DNA from: Alphaproteobacteria bacterium | GTDB taxonomy: Bacteria; Pseudomonadota; Alphaproteobacteria; Bin95 | DNA length: 64,000 nucleotides | Direction of reading: 5' to 3' | Assembly (NCBI GenBank): GCA_965205265.1 | Contig: CBDBGH010000003.1 | Location: 1,664,001-1,728,000, forward strand | Shown here: positions 19,193 to 33,124 of the stretch, piece by piece | Layout: every line of letters starts with the position of its first letter | Position numbering within the stretch: position 1 is the stretch's first letter | The notes under the pieces: model-generated | Databases searched by the model: none | What the model was told of the DNA's origin: nothing | Seen by the model: the letters and a program-made list of their open reading frames with translations, nothing else | Program-made: the position numbers and the translations under genes

Positions 19193-20227
19193 GTGGAATA
19201 CCGGAATCTCGGGCGGAGCGGGCTCAAGGTCTCGAAACTGTGCCTGGGCGCCATGATGTTCGGAGGTCCGGCGGCGCCAGAGGACAGCGAGGCGATGATC
19301 GACGACGCGCGCGCCGCCGGCGTCAACTTCATCGACACGGCCGACGGCTACAACCGCGGGCGCTCGGAGGAGGTGGTCGGCCGGGCCGTGGCGCACGACC
19401 GGGACGACTGGGTCATCGCCACCAAGCTCTTCAACCGGATGGCCGAAGGGCCCAATGGCGGCGGCCTCTCGCGCAAGTGGATGAGGCGCGCCTGCGAGGC
19501 CAGCCTGAAACGCCTCGGCACCGACCGCATCGACCTCTACTACCTGCACAAGGAAGACCCGGACACGCCGCTCGAAGAAACCGTGCGGGCGATGGACGAC
19601 CTGATTCGCGCCGGCAAGGTGCTCTATTACGGCGTCTCGAACTACCGGTCCTGGCGCGTCGCGGAAATCTGCCGCATCGCCGATGACCTCGGAGCGCCCC
19701 GCCCCATTGCCAGCCAGCCCTATTACAACGCGGTCAACCGCATGCCGGAGGCGGAGCATCTGCCGGCCTGCAACTGGTTCGGGCTTGGCGTCGTGCCCTA
19801 CAGCCCGGTCGCGCGCGGCGTGCTGACCGGGAAATACCGCCCCGGCGCGGAGCCCGAGACCGGCAGCCGGGCGGCGCGCGGCGACCGGCGCATCCGTGAG
19901 ACGGAATTGCGGGACGAATCGCTGGAAATCGCCGCGAAGGTGGTCGCCCACGCCGGGCGGCGCGGCATGTCGGCGGCGCAGTTCGCGACACTCTGGGTGC
20001 TGAACAACCGCTTCGTCACATCGGTCATCGCCGGCCCGCGAACCGGGGCGCAATGGCAGGACTATCTGGGCGCGATGGACCGCGCTTTCACCGGCGAAGA
20101 CGAAGCGCTGATCGACGCCTTGGTGGCGCCCGGCCATCCATCCACGCCCGGCTACAACGATCCGCAATATCCCGTCGAGGGCCGGCCCGTCTGGACCGCC
20201 GCGCCGGAACAGGAGGCTCTGCAATGA
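19193..20227 (+). CDS. Aldo/keto reductase
   Basis: LGRSGLKVS, IDTADGY, IDLYYLH, YSPVARG. Confidence 0.92.
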   Translation: MEYRNLGRSGLKVSKLCLGAMMFGGPAAPEDSEAMIDDARAAGVNFIDTADGYNRGRSEEVVGRAVAHDRDDWVIATKLFNRMAEGPNGGGLSRKWMRRACEASLKRLGTDRIDLYYLHKEDPDTPLEETVRAMDDLIRAGKVLYYGVSNYRSWRVAEICRIADDLGAPRPIASQPYYNAVNRMPEAEHLPACNWFGLGVVPYSPVARGVLTGKYRPGAEPETGSRAARGDRRIRETELRDESLEIAAKVVAHAGRRGMSAAQFATLWVLNNRFVTSVIAGPRTGAQWQDYLGAMDRAFTGEDEALIDALVAPGHPSTPGYNDPQYPVEGRPVWTAAPEQEALQ

Positions 20228-21453
20228 CGGCCGACCGCTCCGCCTATGCCGGGCTTCGCGTATGCGACCTGACGCAGGGCGTCGCCGGTCCGCATTGCGC
20301 CTTCCTGCTGGCCCAGCACGGCGCCGACGTCATCAAAATCGAGCCGCCGGGCGGAGACTGGGGACGGGGCATCGGCAAGCGCCACGGGCCCTATTCCGCC
20401 TTCTTCCTCCAGGTCAACCGGGGCAAGCGCTCGCTCGCGCTCGACCTCAAGCAAGGGGAAGCCAGGGACGCGGCGGCCAAAATCGCGGCAAAGGCGGATG
20501 TGGTGCTCGAAGCCTTCCGGCCCGGCGTCACCGCAAGGTTCGGCCTCGACTATGAGAGCGTCCGCGCCGTCAATCCCGATGTCATCTATCTCTCCGTCAC
20601 GGGCTACGGCCAGCACGGCCCCTGGAGCGACCGGCCGCTGACGGACTCCATCGCCCAGGCGGTGACCGGCATGATGTCCATGAACCGCGACAAGGACGGG
20701 CTGCCGCAGCGGGTCGGCATGATCGCCATCGACGTGATGACGGGCCTCTACGCCTTCCAGGCCGTCTCGGCGGCGCTCTACGCCCGCGCGGTCCAGGGCG
20801 CTCCCGGCCGCTATATCGACATGAGCCTGCAACAGGCCGCCGGCGCGTTCATGGCCGCCAAGATGATCGAATACCACCTCGAAGGCCCGGTGCCGCAGGT
20901 TGTCGGCGTTCCCGTCGGCACCTTCGAGAGCGCGGACGGCTTCGTGACCGTCAATGCCCGCCGGGAGAAGCATTTCGAGGCGCTTTGCGGCCTGGTGGAC
21001 CGGCCGGAACTCGCCACCGACCCGCGCTTTTCCACCTACGAGGCGCGGATCGAGAACGAAGCCGAGCTGCTGGCGCTTCTGCGCCCGCTCATCGAACAAC
21101 GGCCCACGGCGGAGTGGGTCCGGCTGCTTGGCGAGGCGGACATCATCGCCGGGCCGGTGAACGATTTCGGCGACTATTTCCAGGAGCCGCAGGTCCTCCA
21201 TAACGCTTCCGTCGCCTGGCAGGAGCATGACGCGGTCGGGCGCGTGCCGATGCATGCCGTGCCGGGGATCGAGACGGCGCCGGAAGGCAGCTTTCTTGCA
21301 ACCGCGCCCGACCTGGGAGCTCACAGCCGCACCGTGCTCCGCGAATTCGGCTACACCGAGGCGCATATCGACAGGATGGCGGCCTCGGGCGCGGTCGTCG
21401 ACGGCGCGCGCATGGACAGGGACGACGCGGGGGCGCAAGCTGCCGCGGATTAG
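20224..21453 (+). CDS. CaiB/BaiF family III CoA-transferase
   Basis: GADVIKIEPP, NRGKRSLALDLK; ATGA overlap with the upstream gene. Confidence 0.9.
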   Translation: MTADRSAYAGLRVCDLTQGVAGPHCAFLLAQHGADVIKIEPPGGDWGRGIGKRHGPYSAFFLQVNRGKRSLALDLKQGEARDAAAKIAAKADVVLEAFRPGVTARFGLDYESVRAVNPDVIYLSVTGYGQHGPWSDRPLTDSIAQAVTGMMSMNRDKDGLPQRVGMIAIDVMTGLYAFQAVSAALYARAVQGAPGRYIDMSLQQAAGAFMAAKMIEYHLEGPVPQVVGVPVGTFESADGFVTVNARREKHFEALCGLVDRPELATDPRFSTYEARIENEAELLALLRPLIEQRPTAEWVRLLGEADIIAGPVNDFGDYFQEPQVLHNASVAWQEHDAVGRVPMHAVPGIETAPEGSFLATAPDLGAHSRTVLREFGYTEAHIDRMAASGAVVDGARMDRDDAGAQAAAD

Positions 21454-21477
21454 AGTACCGGGGGGAGGCAAGGGCGG

Positions 21478-23070
21478 ATGGACCGCTTCGACTATATCGT
21501 TATCGGGGCCGGATCCGCCGGCTGCGTCATGGCCAATCGCCTGAGCGAGAACCCGAATGCCAGCGTGCTGCTGCTGGAGGCGGGCGGGCGCGACCTCAAC
21601 CCGTTCATCCATATCCCCGCCGGCTTCTTCAAGACGCTTTACGACACCTCCGTCAACTGGTGCTACGCCACGGAGAAGGAGGAGAACAGCGGCAACCGGG
21701 CCATCCATTGGCCGCGCGGCAAAGTGCTCGGCGGCTCATCCGCGATCAACGGCCATCTCATCGTGCGCGGCCAGCCCGAGGACTATGACGGCTGGGCGCA
21801 GCTGGGCAATCGCGGTTGGTCCTATGAGGAAGTTCTGCCCTATTTCAGGAAATTCGAGAACCGGCCGGGCGGCGACCCGGAGATTCGCGGCCGGGGTGGC
21901 CCGATCAACGTCATCGACCCCATAGAGCAGCACCCCCTGACGCAGCTCTTCATGGAGGCCTGCGTCGAGGCCGGCATCCCGCGCAACAACGACTACAATG
22001 ACGGCGAGCAGGAAGGCGTCGGCTATTTCCAGCATGCCATCCGCAACGGCCGCCGGGAGAGCACCGCGCGAACCTATCTGCGCCAGACGGACGGCCGGAC
22101 GAACCTGCGGGTGGAGACCCATGCGCTTGCCCAGCGCCTCGTCGTCGAGGAGGGGCGCGTCGTCGGCGTCGTGTTCCGGCAAGGCGATGTCGTCCGCGAG
22201 GCGCGCGCCAACGCCGAAATCATCCTCTCGTCCGGGTCCATCGCCTCGCCGCAACTTCTCGAATTATCGGGTATAGGCGACGCGGAACGGCTGAAACCGC
22301 TCGGCATCGAGCCCGTGCATCACCTGCCCGGCATCGGCGAGAACCTGCAGGACCACTATGTCGCCCGCATCTGCATGAAGGCGAAGGGCATCCGCACCTT
22401 CAACGAGCGCTCCCGCGGCCTGCCGCTGCTCTGGGAGACCGTGCGCTACGCGACGACGCGGACCGGGTTGCTCACCGCCGCGCCCGGCAATGTCAGCGCC
22501 TCGGTCAAGATCATGCCTGGCGTGGCGACGCCCGACGCGCAATACAGTTTCGCGCCGGCAAGCTACAAGGACGGCCTCATCGGCGTGCTCGACGACTATC
22601 CGGGCATGACGCTCGGTTTCTGGCAACACCGGCCGGAGAGCATCGGTTCCATCCATATCGACGCCGACGACCCGGACCGCCATCCGGTCATCCGCCCCAA
22701 CTACCTTGCCACGCAGACCGATTGCGACACCATGACGGGGGCGCTGAAACTCGCGCGGAAGATATTCGGGCAGCCGGCCATTGCGCCTTATATCGAGTGC
22801 GAAACCATACCGGGCGCCGAGCGGGCGAGCGACGACGAACTGCTCGACTACTGCCGCAGCAACGGCGCGACGGTTTATCACCCCATCGGCACCTGCAAGA
22901 TGGGAGACGACCCGATGGCCGTTGTCGATTCCTCGCTGCGGCTGCGCGGGCTGGACGGACTGCGGATCGTCGATGCTTCGGTGATGCCGCGCATGGTCTC
23001 GGCCAACACCAATGCGGCCGTGCTGATGATCGCCGAGAAGGCCGCGGACATGATCAAGGCGGGGACCTAA
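21478..23070 (+). CDS. GMC oxidoreductase (choline dehydrogenase-like)
   Basis: GAGSAG, RGKVLGGSSAING, GENLQDH, YHPIGTCKMG, SANTNA. Confidence 0.93.
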   Translation: MDRFDYIVIGAGSAGCVMANRLSENPNASVLLLEAGGRDLNPFIHIPAGFFKTLYDTSVNWCYATEKEENSGNRAIHWPRGKVLGGSSAINGHLIVRGQPEDYDGWAQLGNRGWSYEEVLPYFRKFENRPGGDPEIRGRGGPINVIDPIEQHPLTQLFMEACVEAGIPRNNDYNDGEQEGVGYFQHAIRNGRRESTARTYLRQTDGRTNLRVETHALAQRLVVEEGRVVGVVFRQGDVVREARANAEIILSSGSIASPQLLELSGIGDAERLKPLGIEPVHHLPGIGENLQDHYVARICMKAKGIRTFNERSRGLPLLWETVRYATTRTGLLTAAPGNVSASVKIMPGVATPDAQYSFAPASYKDGLIGVLDDYPGMTLGFWQHRPESIGSIHIDADDPDRHPVIRPNYLATQTDCDTMTGALKLARKIFGQPAIAPYIECETIPGAERASDDELLDYCRSNGATVYHPIGTCKMGDDPMAVVDSSLRLRGLDGLRIVDASVMPRMVSANTNAAVLMIAEKAADMIKAGT

Positions 23071-23104
23071 GGCCGCTTCGGCCCTCAACAAGGGGAGAAA
23101 TCTC

Positions 23105-23809
23105 ATGGTCGAATACGCACCCTACCCGGAGGGCACGCAACCGGCAGTCCAGTCCGAGCGCTATTTCCGGACGAGTCAGCTCGCGCCTTCACAGCCTTTC
23201 GTCGAGGCGCCGGTAACGCTTTCGGAGATCACCGGGCCGCTGTTCACGCGCGAGGGCGTGTCGCCGGAGGAGGCGGACCTGACAGCAGGCGGCAAGGCGC
23301 TCGGTCAGCTGATGGTCCTCGCAGGCCAGGTCCGCGACGAGGATGCGCGCCCGCTTCCGGGTGTCCTGGTGGAAGCCTGGCAGGCGAACGCCTCCGGCAA
23401 ATACCGCCATCCGGTGGACGGGCGCGACGCGCCGCTCGACCCCAATTTCATCGGCTCCGGGCGTGCGGTCACCGATGCTGAGGGCCGCTACCGCTTCGTC
23501 ACCGTCAAACCCGGTGCCTATCCGGTCCCGAATTCCGGCAATTGGTGGCGCCCACCGCATATCCACCTGTCCATCTACGGCTACGCCTTCATGAGCCGGA
23601 TGATTACCCAGATGTATTTCCCGGGCGATCCGCTGAACGAACTCGACTCCATCTTCATGTCCGTGCCGGACGCTGCCGCGCGGGACCGGCTCGTCGCCCG
23701 GGCCGATGTGTCGCTGGGCCTGCACGAGCACGCACTCGGCTACGGCTTCGACATCGTGATGCGGGGCCGGGACCAGACGCCGATGGAAGAGGAAGGGCCC
23801 GCGGCATGA
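23105..23809 (+). CDS. pcaH: Protocatechuate 3,4-dioxygenase beta subunit
   Basis: SEITGP, WQANASGKYRH, PGAYP, WRPPHIH iron ligands, TQMYFPGDP. Confidence 0.88.
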   Translation: MVEYAPYPEGTQPAVQSERYFRTSQLAPSQPFVEAPVTLSEITGPLFTREGVSPEEADLTAGGKALGQLMVLAGQVRDEDARPLPGVLVEAWQANASGKYRHPVDGRDAPLDPNFIGSGRAVTDAEGRYRFVTVKPGAYPVPNSGNWWRPPHIHLSIYGYAFMSRMITQMYFPGDPLNELDSIFMSVPDAAARDRLVARADVSLGLHEHALGYGFDIVMRGRDQTPMEEEGPAA

Positions 23810-24366
23810 ACCTTGCGCCGACGGCTTCGCAGACGCTCGGGCCGTTCTTCAACTATGCCCTGCCGTTCAATGCCGACCTGACCGGCGGCGGCAAGGCCGA
23901 GGGGCGCAGCATCGTCCTGCGGGGCCGGGTCCTGGACGTGAACGCGGCTCCCGTTCGCGACGCGCTTGTCGAGGTCTGGCAGGCCAATGCAGCGGGCAGC
24001 TATGCGCACCCGCTCGACAGGGACGAGGCGCGCCCGCGCGACCCCCACTTCAGCGGCTTCGGGCGGGTCCTGACGGACGCCGGGGGCGGCTTCTCCTTCA
24101 CGACAGTGATACCGGGGCCGGTGCCCTTAGAGGGCAATCGCTGGCAGGCGCCGCATGTCTCGGTCGCGGTGTTCTCCGCCGGACTGCTGCGGCGGGTGCG
24201 GACCCGCGCCTATTTCCCCGGAGAGGAACTGAACGCGGACGACCCGGTGCTGGCCGCCGTGCCGAAAGGACGCCGGGCGCTACTGGTTGCGGTGGCCGAG
24301 GACGATGGCTACCGTTTCGACATTCGCCTGCGGGGCAAGAACGAAACGCCGTTCTTCGGCGACTGA
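23806..24366 (+). CDS. pcaG: Protocatechuate 3,4-dioxygenase alpha subunit
   Basis: TASQTLGPFF, QAPH, TRAYF, ETPFF; ATGA overlap with pcaH. Confidence 0.88.
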   Translation: MNLAPTASQTLGPFFNYALPFNADLTGGGKAEGRSIVLRGRVLDVNAAPVRDALVEVWQANAAGSYAHPLDRDEARPRDPHFSGFGRVLTDAGGGFSFTTVIPGPVPLEGNRWQAPHVSVAVFSAGLLRRVRTRAYFPGEELNADDPVLAAVPKGRRALLVAVAEDDGYRFDIRLRGKNETPFFGD

Positions 24367-24377
24367 GACGGCGCAGG

Positions 24378-25223
24378 TCAGAGACGCGGTCCGAGGCTTT
24401 CCACCAGGGCGTCGAGCTGCTTCAGGCTCTCGGCCTCATCCACCGACGGCAGCATGAAGACTGCCCGCGCGACGCTCGCGGCCTCGGCCCTGTCGAGTAG
24501 CGCTTCGTCGGGCGCCACGCCGAACAGCGTCACCGCGATCTCATCCGGGTTGCGGCCTGCTTCGGCGGCCATCTGCCGGAAGCGGGGCAGGACCTCCAGC
24601 ACATCCTGGTTGCGCCCGCCTATGGGCATCCAGCCGTCGCCATAAGCGATCGCCCGGCGCGCGCCCCAGGGAAAAGCCCCGCCGACGATCACCGGCGGGT
24701 GCGGGCGCTGCACCGGTTTCGGCCACTGCGCCATGGAGTCGAAATCGACGAACTCGCCGTGGAACTCCGCCTTGGCCTCGGTCCAGATCGTCTTCATGGC
24801 GGCGACGCGCTCCTCCATCAGCGCAAAGCGCGTCGAGAAGTCGGTGCCGTGGTCGGCCATCTCCTCGGCATTCCAGCCGCCGCCGATCCCGAACAGGAAA
24901 CGCCCGTTCGAGAGCCGGTCGAGCGTTGACACTTCTTTGGCCGTATAGATCGGGTCGCGCTGCACGACGAGGCATATGCCGGTACCGAGCTTGATCCGCG
25001 AAGTCGCCGTCGCCGCGCTGGCGAGCGCCAGGAACTGGTCCATTACGTCGTAATACTGCTTCGGCAAGTCGGCGCCGCCCGGCCAGGGGGACTGGCGCGA
25101 CCAGGGAATATGCGAGTGCTCGGGAAGCCAGAAGGACTCGAAACCGCGCTCTTCGGCCGCGAGGGCCAGGGTAGCCGGCGCAATGGAATAGTCGGTCGGG
25201 AAATAGGCGATGCCGTAGTCCAT
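24378..25223 (-). CDS. LLM-class flavin-dependent oxidoreductase, probably an F420-type subfamily
   Basis: EHSHIP, GRFLFGIGGGWNAEE, WPKPVQRPHPP. Confidence 0.88.
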   Translation of the reverse strand: MDYGIAYFPTDYSIAPATLALAAEERGFESFWLPEHSHIPWSRQSPWPGGADLPKQYYDVMDQFLALASAATATSRIKLGTGICLVVQRDPIYTAKEVSTLDRLSNGRFLFGIGGGWNAEEMADHGTDFSTRFALMEERVAAMKTIWTEAKAEFHGEFVDFDSMAQWPKPVQRPHPPVIVGGAFPWGARRAIAYGDGWMPIGGRNQDVLEVLPRFRQMAAEAGRNPDEIAVTLFGVAPDEALLDRAEAASVARAVFMLPSVDEAESLKQLDALVESLGPRL

Positions 25224-25339
25224 GGCGTGTTCGTCCTTCTGCTGCAACTCCGGGAAGTGGGCGGCAGCGTAGCCCATTGCCGCAGCATCTACACGGATTT
25301 GCCCTTGAACTGCCACGGAATCGGACCGACTCTTTCCTC

Positions 25340-27804
<2,465 letters not shown>

Positions 27805-27808
<4 letters not shown>

Positions 27809-28077
27809 ACGATTCGCCGGCAGGCCAGAGGCTCGACCGGTGGCTGTGGTGCGCCCGCTTTTTCAAGACGCGCGGGCTGGCCACCAAGCTCTGCCAGGCC
27901 GGCCGGGTGCGTGTGAATCGCCGACCGGTACAGAAGGCCCACCACATTCTCCGGGTGGGCGATATACTGACTTTCCCCCAGGCGGGCGGCATACGGGTTG
28001 TGCGGGTCGAAGCGCTGGCGGAACGGCGCGGACCGGCGCCCGAGGCGGCCCGTCTTTACGCCAGCCTCGACGGTTGA
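27805..28077 (+). CDS. hslR: S4 RNA-binding protein, Hsp15-like
   Basis: [23 protein letters not shown]. Confidence 0.88.
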
Positions 28078-28101
28078 CAGGCACGGCGCGGCTGCTAAAT
28101 G
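28074..28101 (+). promoter_or_regulatory. Putative sigma70 promoter of fdxA
   Basis: TTGACA followed by GCTAAAT, an alphaproteobacterial-type -10. Confidence 0.5.
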
Positions 28102-28147
28102 GTGCCTTCCATTATGCCGCTTCGCTTGCGGCCCGGAGACATTGCCT

Positions 28148-28480
28148 ATGACCTATATCGTCAATGACGCCTGTATCCGGTGCAAATACACCGATTGCGT
28201 CGAGGTATGCCCGGTCGATTGCTTCTATGAAGGCGAGAACATGCTGGTTATACATCCCGACGAATGCATCGATTGCGGCGTCTGCGAGCCCGAATGCCCG
28301 GTCGAGGCGATCAAACCGGACACCGACCCCGGCATGGAGGAATGGGTCGAATTCAACCGGCGCTACTCCGAAAGCTGGCCGAACATCACCTACCGCAAGG
28401 ACGCGCCGCCCGACGCAGAGTCCTGGGAGGGCGTGGAAGGCAAGCTGGAAGCGCATTTCAGTCCCAATCCCGGCGGTTGA
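28148..28480 (+). CDS. fdxA: 7Fe/8Fe ferredoxin
   Basis: [27 protein letters not shown]...[12 protein letters not shown]. Confidence 0.96.
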   Translation: MTYIVNDACIRCKYTDCVEVCPVDCFYEGENMLVIHPDECIDCGVCEPECPVEAIKPDTDPGMEEWVEFNRRYSESWPNITYRKDAPPDAESWEGVEGKLEAHFSPNPGG

Positions 28481-28765
28481 GGCCGTCGCGCGCTGGGTGT
28501 GCCGACACCGCAGGACGGGCCGCATTCCTCCCGCCTGTCTTCCGGCCTTTCGGAGCGAAACCGCCGCCAGCCGCTCCAATGGACAGGGGCAGGCGCCGCA
28601 AGGGTCGCCATTCGGTTGAATTTATGCTAAAGTCGCGCGTGGGTTTTGGAGGAGACCCGACCAGCGGCAACAGAGCGTCGGCGCATTCGCTCGCCGAAAG
28701 CGGCACAGCGAGCTGCGCTCCCGTTTGGTGCATCGTTACGGAATTCTGGGGGCCAACAGGACAGG

Positions 28766-29263
28766 ATGACAAAACGCGCGAATTTCAAGGCAGGTAATCA
28801 CGTGGTCTATCCGGCGCATGGCGTCGGCAAGGTCCTGGCTGTCGAGGAGCAGGCAATTTCCGGTTACGAGTTGGAGATGCTGGTCATCGAGTTCGAAAAG
28901 GAAAAGATGCTCCTGCGCATCCCGACGGCAAAGGTGCAAACGGCGGGCCTGAGGACACTATCCACAAAGAAGGAAATGCAGAACGCATTAAAAACCCTGA
29001 AGGGCAAGGTGCGTATCAAGCGAACGATGTGGAGCCGGCGCGCCCAGGAATACGAGGCGAAGATCAATTCCGGCGACCCGAACCTGATCGCCGAGGTGGT
29101 GCGGGACCTGCATCGCAACGCAGACCAGCCGGACCAGTCCTACAGCGAGCGCCAGATCTACCAGGCCGCGCTCGAACGGCTGAGCCGGGAACTTGCGGTG
29201 GTGGAGAGGATCGACGAGGACAAAGCCGTCAAGAGAGTGGAAATGGTCTTGCAGGCCGCTTGA
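28766..29263 (+). CDS. carD: CarD/CdnL transcription factor
   Basis: VVYPAHGVG, MWSRRAQEYEAKINSG, SYSERQ. Confidence 0.95.
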   Translation: MTKRANFKAGNHVVYPAHGVGKVLAVEEQAISGYELEMLVIEFEKEKMLLRIPTAKVQTAGLRTLSTKKEMQNALKTLKGKVRIKRTMWSRRAQEYEAKINSGDPNLIAEVVRDLHRNADQPDQSYSERQIYQAALERLSRELAVVERIDEDKAVKRVEMVLQAA

Positions 29264-29290
29264 CCCGATAGCGACAAGATATCGCATCGA

Positions 29291-29332
29291 AAGGCGGTCT
29301 GCTCGGAGACGGGCAGACCGCCTTCGGCTTTT
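29291..29332 (+). terminator. Intrinsic terminator-like hairpin after carD
   Basis: AAGGCGGTCTGCTCG-GAGA-CGGGCAGACCGCCTT followed by CGGCTTTT. Confidence 0.7.
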
Positions 29333-29440
29333 CGGGAGGACAGAGCCGAAAGACCGGTTGAATAACAACGCAATGCTGCCCACCTCTTGAAGAGCGGTGC
29401 GCCCGTCCGGGAACCGGAACGCGGCGCAGGAAGGAACGAG

Positions 29441-30325
29441 ATGAGCTATCTGGACCGGTCGGCAAATAGCAGGGGGGCGCTGAATTTCGTCCGCCATGCG
29501 ATGAGCACGCCGCTGCTCACTCGCGAGCGCGAACAGGAACTGGCGCTGCGCTGGCGCGACCTGAAGGACGAGGCGGCCCTGCACGAACTGGTCAACGCCT
29601 ATGCGCGGCTGGTCGCAGCCACGGCCGCGAAATACCGGAATTACGGCCTGCCCATGGCGGACCTGATGCAGGAGGGATCCGTCGGCCTGATGCAGGCGGC
29701 GGCCCGCTTCGAGCCGGAGCGGGAGGTTCGTTTCTCGACCTACGCCTCCTGGTGGATCCGCTCGGCAATGCAGGACTATGTCCTGCGCAACTGGTCCATC
29801 GTCCGTACGGGTTCCACCTCGTCCCAGAAGTCGCTGTTCTTCAACCTGCGCCGGTTGCGCGCCCGCATCGAGGGGCGCACCGGCAAGCCTCTCGACGACC
29901 GGGGACGGGAACGCATTGCTGCCGAACTCAAGGTCGCAACCAGCGATGTGGAGTCCATGGAAAGCCGGCTTACCGGAGCCGATCGCTCGCTCGATGCGCC
30001 GGTCGGCGAGGACGGTGACGAAACCTGGGTACACTTCCTGGCGGACCAGCGCCCGTCTCCCGAAGATAACGCCATGGAGCATCTCGACGGCGACGAGCGC
30101 GCGCGCTGGATCAGGGAGGCCCTGGCCGAATTGCCGGCGCGCGAGGCAAAGATCATCCGCGAACGATTGCTGGAAGACGATGCCCGCACGCTGGAATCGC
30201 TCGGACGGGAGCTCGGCGTAAGCAAGGAGCGCGTCCGCCAGCTGGAGGCCCGCGCGCTGGCGAAGCTGCGCCGCAGCCTGGAAGCTCTCTGGCGCGCGGA
30301 CGGCAACGCTCTCCCCGACGCATAG
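29441..30325 (+). CDS. rpoH: Sigma-32 family factor (RpoH2-like)
   Basis: DLMQEGSVGLM, RFSTYASWWIR, RpoH box QKSLFFNLR, SKERVRQLE. Confidence 0.92.
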   Translation: MSYLDRSANSRGALNFVRHAMSTPLLTREREQELALRWRDLKDEAALHELVNAYARLVAATAAKYRNYGLPMADLMQEGSVGLMQAAARFEPEREVRFSTYASWWIRSAMQDYVLRNWSIVRTGSTSSQKSLFFNLRRLRARIEGRTGKPLDDRGRERIAAELKVATSDVESMESRLTGADRSLDAPVGEDGDETWVHFLADQRPSPEDNAMEHLDGDERARWIREALAELPAREAKIIRERLLEDDARTLESLGRELGVSKERVRQLEARALAKLRRSLEALWRADGNALPDA

Positions 30326-30471
30326 CCGCATAGCTGCGCTGCGCCTGCACGCTAAAATGGGACTCTGCGGCGAGCCGGCATAACGCCGGGCCGGAAGGGG
30401 CTATGCGAGCGTGTGAAGAGATCGGAGTGGATATCTGTCGTATCGAGACGGGGCGAAGACGGACAGGCACT

Positions 30472-30641
30472 GTCACCCTGGACCCCGCTATCGCCACCCC
30501 GGACTTGTTCCGGGGTCCATCCCTGACCGTTTGCGCCTGCCGCAGCCGTTTGAACGGGACCGGACCGCCTGCGTGTGCCGAGAAAGCCGGAGCTGGACCC
30601 CGGATCAAGTCCGGGGTGACAGAGGGGGCGTCTGGGATGAC
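30472..30641. repeat. REP doublet of the same family as 6072-6610
   Basis: GCCACCCCGGACTTGTTCCGGGGTCCA (30493-30519) and inverted TGGACCCCGGATCAAGTCCGGGGTGAC (30594-30620), with short degenerate satellite units on both sides. Confidence 0.85.
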
Positions 30642-30788
30642 GGACGGGGCGTTCGGGGTGATGGTTTGGGGCAGGTCCTGCCGGCCGGCGGGGGCAGACC
30701 CGGACTGTTTCCCGCCGGACGGGCGATGCAGCGCCGGACAGATCCGATTCCTTCACACGCCCATGCTCGGGAAGACGGCGGCACTCAG

Positions 30789-31755
<967 letters not shown>

Positions 31756-31772
<17 letters not shown>

Positions 31773-32724
31773 AACCGTCTGGGCCGTCGTTACCCCGGTG
31801 TACGAAGACGGCGATTCCTTTGCCTCGCTTTGCCGGGACCTCGCGCGTCTCGACGCCGGGGTTTCGCTGGAGGTCTTGGCGGTGGACGACGGAACGATCG
31901 GGGCGCCGCCGGCGGTCGATGCCATCCGGGGCGCCGGGCTGGCCGGCCGGATAGTCCGCCTGAAGCGCAACAGCGGCCACCAGACGGCGATCTGGGTGGG
32001 GCTGGCAGTAGCCGCTTCGGAGCCGCGCTATGCAGGCGCGATCGTCATGGACAGCGATGGCGAAGACCGGCCGGAAAACGTGCCGCAACTGGTCGCCGCA
32101 ATGGGGGCGGACTGCAACGCGGTCGTGGCGCGTAGGGGACGGCGGACGGAATCCCTGCCCTTCCGGCTCTTCTATCGCCTCTACCGCCGTTTTTTCCGGC
32201 TGCTGACGGGCCGGCAGATCCGCTTCGGCAATTTCTGCGCCCTCGACCGCCGCGCCCTGCTGCGACTTAACGCCATGCAGGAGACGCGCATCCATCTCGC
32301 GGCAGCGATCATCAAATCACGGCTGCGGCGGGTGGAAATCTCCTGCGACCGGGGCAAGCGATACGATGGCCGGTCGCAGATGAATTTCTACGATCTGGCG
32401 CTGCACGGCATTCGCGCAGTTGCCGTGTTCGACGACGCCGTGCTGACGAGAATGGGCGCGGTTTGCGCCGGGGCGGCGGTCTCCGGCGTTCTTGTCTTTC
32501 TGGTCGGCCTTGCCCTGAAACTTGCGGGCCAGACGCCGCCGGGCTGGCTCACATTCGTGACCGGATTTCTGGTCCTTGTCTTCCTGCAAACCGCAGTCCT
32601 CAGCCTCGTCGCGCTCATCATGAATGCGCTCGGCTACCGCTCGCCGGCGGACCTCGAAGCGGCGGCGGCCTCGCTCATTCTGAAGACGGAAGCGACCGGG
32701 CCGGACGATCCCGCCGATGCGTGA
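31756..32724 (+). CDS. GT2 polyprenol-phosphate glycosyltransferase (GtrB/ArnC-like)
   Basis: VDDG, NSGHQTA, MDSDGED, two C-terminal TM helices with PPGW. Confidence 0.85.
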
Positions 32725-33124
32725 GGAAGCGGGCCGGGTCCTGCGCTTCGTGCTCAACGGCCTGTTCGCGACTGCTGTGCATTTCGGGGTGCCCGCGGGA
32801 CTGGTCGAGGGCGCCGGAATGGGATCGGCAGCGCTCGCCAATGCTCTCGCGGCGGTCTGCGGCATAACGGTCTCCTATGCCGGCAACCGCAGCTTCGTGC
32901 TGAGGAGCCGCGCGCCTCACCGGCGGGCCGGCGTCCGTTTCCTTGCCTGCTATGCAGCCGTCGTCTCGCTGCATGGCGGCGCTATGGCGCTATGGGCGGA
33001 TATCGGCGGGCTGGACTACCGGATCGGCTTCCTGCTCTTCACGGGCGCAGCCGCCGTCCTTACCTATGCGCTGAACCGCTTCTTCGTCTTCAGGGAGCCC
33101 GGGGCGGAACTATCGTCCAGGTAA
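32717..33124 (+). CDS. GtrA-family flippase-like protein
   Basis: RFVLNG, SYAGNRSFV, NRFFVF; four TM helices. Confidence 0.85.
   Translation: MREEAGRVLRFVLNGLFATAVHFGVPAGLVEGAGMGSAALANALAAVCGITVSYAGNRSFVLRSRAPHRRAGVRFLACYAAVVSLHGGAMALWADIGGLDYRIGFLLFTGAAAVLTYALNRFFVFREPGAELSSR

Noticed and set aside
29380-29440. EcfG/RpoE2-type promoter or LexA box upstream of rpoH2
   Set aside because: Several GGAAC/GAAC words are present, but there is no correctly spaced GTT -10 and no N7 spacing.
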